Assembly (NCBI RefSeq): GCF_018350175.1
Contig: NC_058368.1
Span: 104,286,001-104,350,000, forward strand
Direction: 5' to 3'
DNA: 64,000 nucleotides
From: Felis catus
Lineage: Eukaryota
Under the pieces are notes generated by a model. It did not search any database and was not told the origin of the DNA. It was given only the letters and a program-made list of their open reading frames with translations. The position numbers and the translations under genes were made by a program. Below are positions 63,906 through 64,000 of the stretch, one piece after another; within the stretch, counting starts at the first letter, position 1; the number at the start of each line of letters is the position of its first letter.

Positions 63906-64000
63906 CTGGCGGGGAAAAGGGAGGAGAGAGAAGAGAAAAGCAAGGTCACGGTTAAATGCCAGGATGGCATGGAGATACACTACCCGCAAGCTGTCTTCTT

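Noticed and set aside
63390..63989. 199-aa ORF as a single-exon protein
   Set aside because: Only 63696-63905 is MARCHF3 exon, bounded by AG/GT; the rest is intron read-through.

Overview
Felid (cat-like) genomic DNA, identified by about 40 tRNA-derived Can-SINEs, several of the young SINEC_Fc type. Two genes converge tail to tail. On the + strand is the 3' part of LMNB1 (lamin B1): seven coding exons, equivalent to human exons 5-11, from 1619 to the stop at 24628, with a 3' UTR to about 25375. On the - strand is the 3' end of MARCHF3 (MARCH3 RING-CH E3 ligase): its last two coding exons at 63696-63905 and 57315-57473, with a 3' UTR probably reaching about 54305. The ~29 kb between the genes holds an orphan CpG-rich element (~32.0-32.7 kb), a GC-rich stretch with a 243-codon ORF, and a 62-bp inverted repeat tied to a perfect 20-bp hairpin (35379-36188). 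It also holds a both-ends-retained but internally deleted carnivore L1 (38005-44440) and ancient L1M, MIR, L2, MLT and MER relics. Nearly all entries in the ORF track are spurious SINE, L1 or microsatellite translations. I see no convincing new biological system. The best leads are structural: the inverted repeat and hairpin, a duplication flanking LMNB1 exon 6, the in-frame L1 ORF1-ORF2 junction, tailless and poly(A)-only retroinsertions, and candidate regulatory elements. Exon numbering and repeat subfamily names come from recall, not from a database search.
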